Positions 61,995 through 64,000 of a DNA stretch of 64,000 nucleotides are shown here, piece by piece (the stretch's first letter is position 1; every line of letters begins with the position of its first letter). The position numbers and the translations under genes were made by a program. The DNA comes from Hormiphora californensis (Eukaryota > Animalia > Ctenophora). The notes under the pieces were generated by a model. That model made no database searches and was not told the DNA's origin. It saw only the letters and a list, made by a program, of their open reading frames with translations. The stretch is from assembly GCA_020137815.1 (NCBI GenBank), contig CM035351.1, positions 1,302,001 to 1,366,000 on the forward strand, read 5' to 3'.

Positions 61995-64000
61995 AGGAGC
62001 GCTAAACTCCTCTAGACCGTCCTTCTCTTCTCCGCTCTATCTAATAATCTCTCCTCTCCCTCTCTATATCGCTCTCTCTCTCGCTCTCGCTATCTCGCTC
62101 TCGCTCCGCTCTCTATCTCGCTCTCTTCGATCGAAAGCGCTTGCGCATGACATGCAAGAGACAGTTTAAACGAAATGAAGTCCTACTAATATAATATACC
62201 GGGTGAGAGGAGACAAGGAATTGTGAGGGGGATTGTGCCCTGTGCATATTGTGAGGGTGAGCACATTTTTTAGAGAAATTGGGAAAGAAAGGAGAGTGAC
62301 TCCAGTAATTAGCGTGTGTAGCTCGGCAGAGGAAAAAGGGGTTTTCATTGTTCAACTGAATATCATATTGTTTAAAAATCCACACATCGCCTCATGTGGA
62401 TCTCACACATTGTCTCCCAAAATACTGCCCTCTACGAACCGGGCCGAGAGCCTGTACAATATCACAGTCGTCATGTGGAACTCACACACATATTTACAGG
62501 GTGATCGGATTGGATTCTACGCTGTGTATGATGGACATGGTGGTATGGACGCTGTCGTGTACACTGTCCAACATCTCCACTTGAATATCGCCAAGTCAAG
62601 TCATTTTCCAACTGATCTTCCAAAAGCCATTGCGGAGGGTTTCAAATCGACCGATAAGAATTTCTGTACAAAGGCAGCTCGTGAGGTAAGCCTGATATCT
62701 CGTAGGTACTTTTTAGTGAAAGAATATTCCCCATTGCTATCCCATCTCATGGATTTATCCCGTTTTGTAAGTTTAATACCTTTTTACATCCCTCCAGAAC
62801 CTGCGAAGTGGCTCGACCTCAGTAGTGATCATCCTCAGTAAGACCCACCTCCATGTTGGATGGGTGGGGGATTCAATGGCAGTTCTGGCACGAAATCAGA
62901 CACACGTTGACATCATGACGCCTCACAAGCCAGAACGAGAGGTAAACACACTGTGATACATTGTTCTAACCCTCCCTTTACATTTGTATTTCGCGTGCAG
63001 GGCTCGCGAAAGACGGTCTAGCTAGGCAAGTGATACACACTCACTCTCACGTCTGTTAGGGAGAGAAATATGTGGCACAGAAAAATGTTTGATGTTTGTC
63101 AAATGTATATCCGCGTCTGTGTATCTGCGGTTGTGTGCGTGTGTTTTCCAGGAATGTGTTGTTGTGAGGCACTGAGGGCATGGGAAGAATTAACAGCATG
63201 CAGCAAAAACTCCACCTCTCTCTCTCACTTTGTATCTCTCCCTTTCTCTCTCTAGCTCACTTTGTATCTCTCCCTTTCTATTAACATCTATCCCTCCTCC
63301 CATGTGCCCTGTTTCTCGCATAGCAGCAGGGTGAGTTATTGTATTAGATTAAGCGACTTGTTTCAATTAGTGTGTTTGGAGAGAGGAGGTGTGACGGCGG
63401 GGAGTTGTAGTATCCATGGATACCCCCTCCCCTTTCTGTGACAGATGCCCCGCCAAATGCCATTACAATTGTGCAACAGAGAATGTCGAACAGACACAAG
63501 TACAGACAGACAGGCCTACCCAAAGATTAATATCGTTGATTGCATGGGATCGGTCACAGCGTCAGAGAGGTATAGAGGGAACTGCTCAGTAAGGTAGTAT
63601 GAAATATGAAAGAGCTCCTCCAGTTGCAGCAGCTGTCAATTCGATGGTGTAGGGACGCGCGCGGGATGACTTGTGTGGAAAGTTTCTTGTTTCTACGGTC
63701 AGCATAGCGCTCAGGCGAGATACCACAACAGAGCGCGCGCGCAGTCATATCTCTTTGGGTTCTGTCACTCCGTCTCCAGTCACGATTTTCACATTCAAAT
63801 TCAGAACGAGCTGGATACACATTATGACAATCTAGTGTTATTAAAGTTACACCTTTGTTAACCCCCCGGCCCCCTCTCTTCCTCAGGACGAGAAGAAGAG
63901 GATAGAGGATCTGGGAGGGTGCGTAGTGTGGTATGGAGCATGGAGGGTTAATGGAACTCTCTCAGTGTCCCGTGCCATAGGAGACTCAGCACACAAACCA
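60083..64000 (+). CDS. PP2C-family protein phosphatase, PPM1E/PPM1F-like, multi-exon, 3' truncated by the window
   Basis: [10 protein letters not shown]; [10 protein letters not shown]; [10 protein letters not shown]; RSGST; WVGDS; PHKPER; [33 protein letters not shown]. Confidence 0.88.
61920..62117. repeat. (GA)n and CT-rich simple repeats in a phosphatase intron
   Basis: Direct. Confidence 0.9.

Overview
Compact, intron-rich animal genomic DNA. The taxon is probably a cydippid ctenophore such as Pleurobrachia or Hormiphora; this is inferred from recalled small-repeat families and is not verified. From 49 kb down to 3.4 kb nine spliced or single-exon genes lie co-oriented on the minus strand: TTC36, SNX4, TADA1, RRN3, ZCCHC4, KHDC4, ASH2L, type I FASN, and an unusual 2xWW-like/coiled-coil/CAP-Gly gene. 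Several are only about 170-400 bp apart, and each ATG sits just behind a splice-acceptor-like AG. This pattern suggests a spliced-leader trans-spliced operon. Introns carry seven tRNA-His(GUG) genes (six in three palindromic head-to-head cassettes), two tRNA-like copies, an antisense nested F-type lectin gene, an antisense FLYWCH ORF and several MITEs. On the right, a near-full-length CR1/L2-group LINE has its ORF1 split by a 4.5-kb foldback element filled with a palindromic ~40-bp satellite. A PPM1E/F-type phosphatase gene then runs off the right edge. Gene coordinates are hand-derived spans that include introns.
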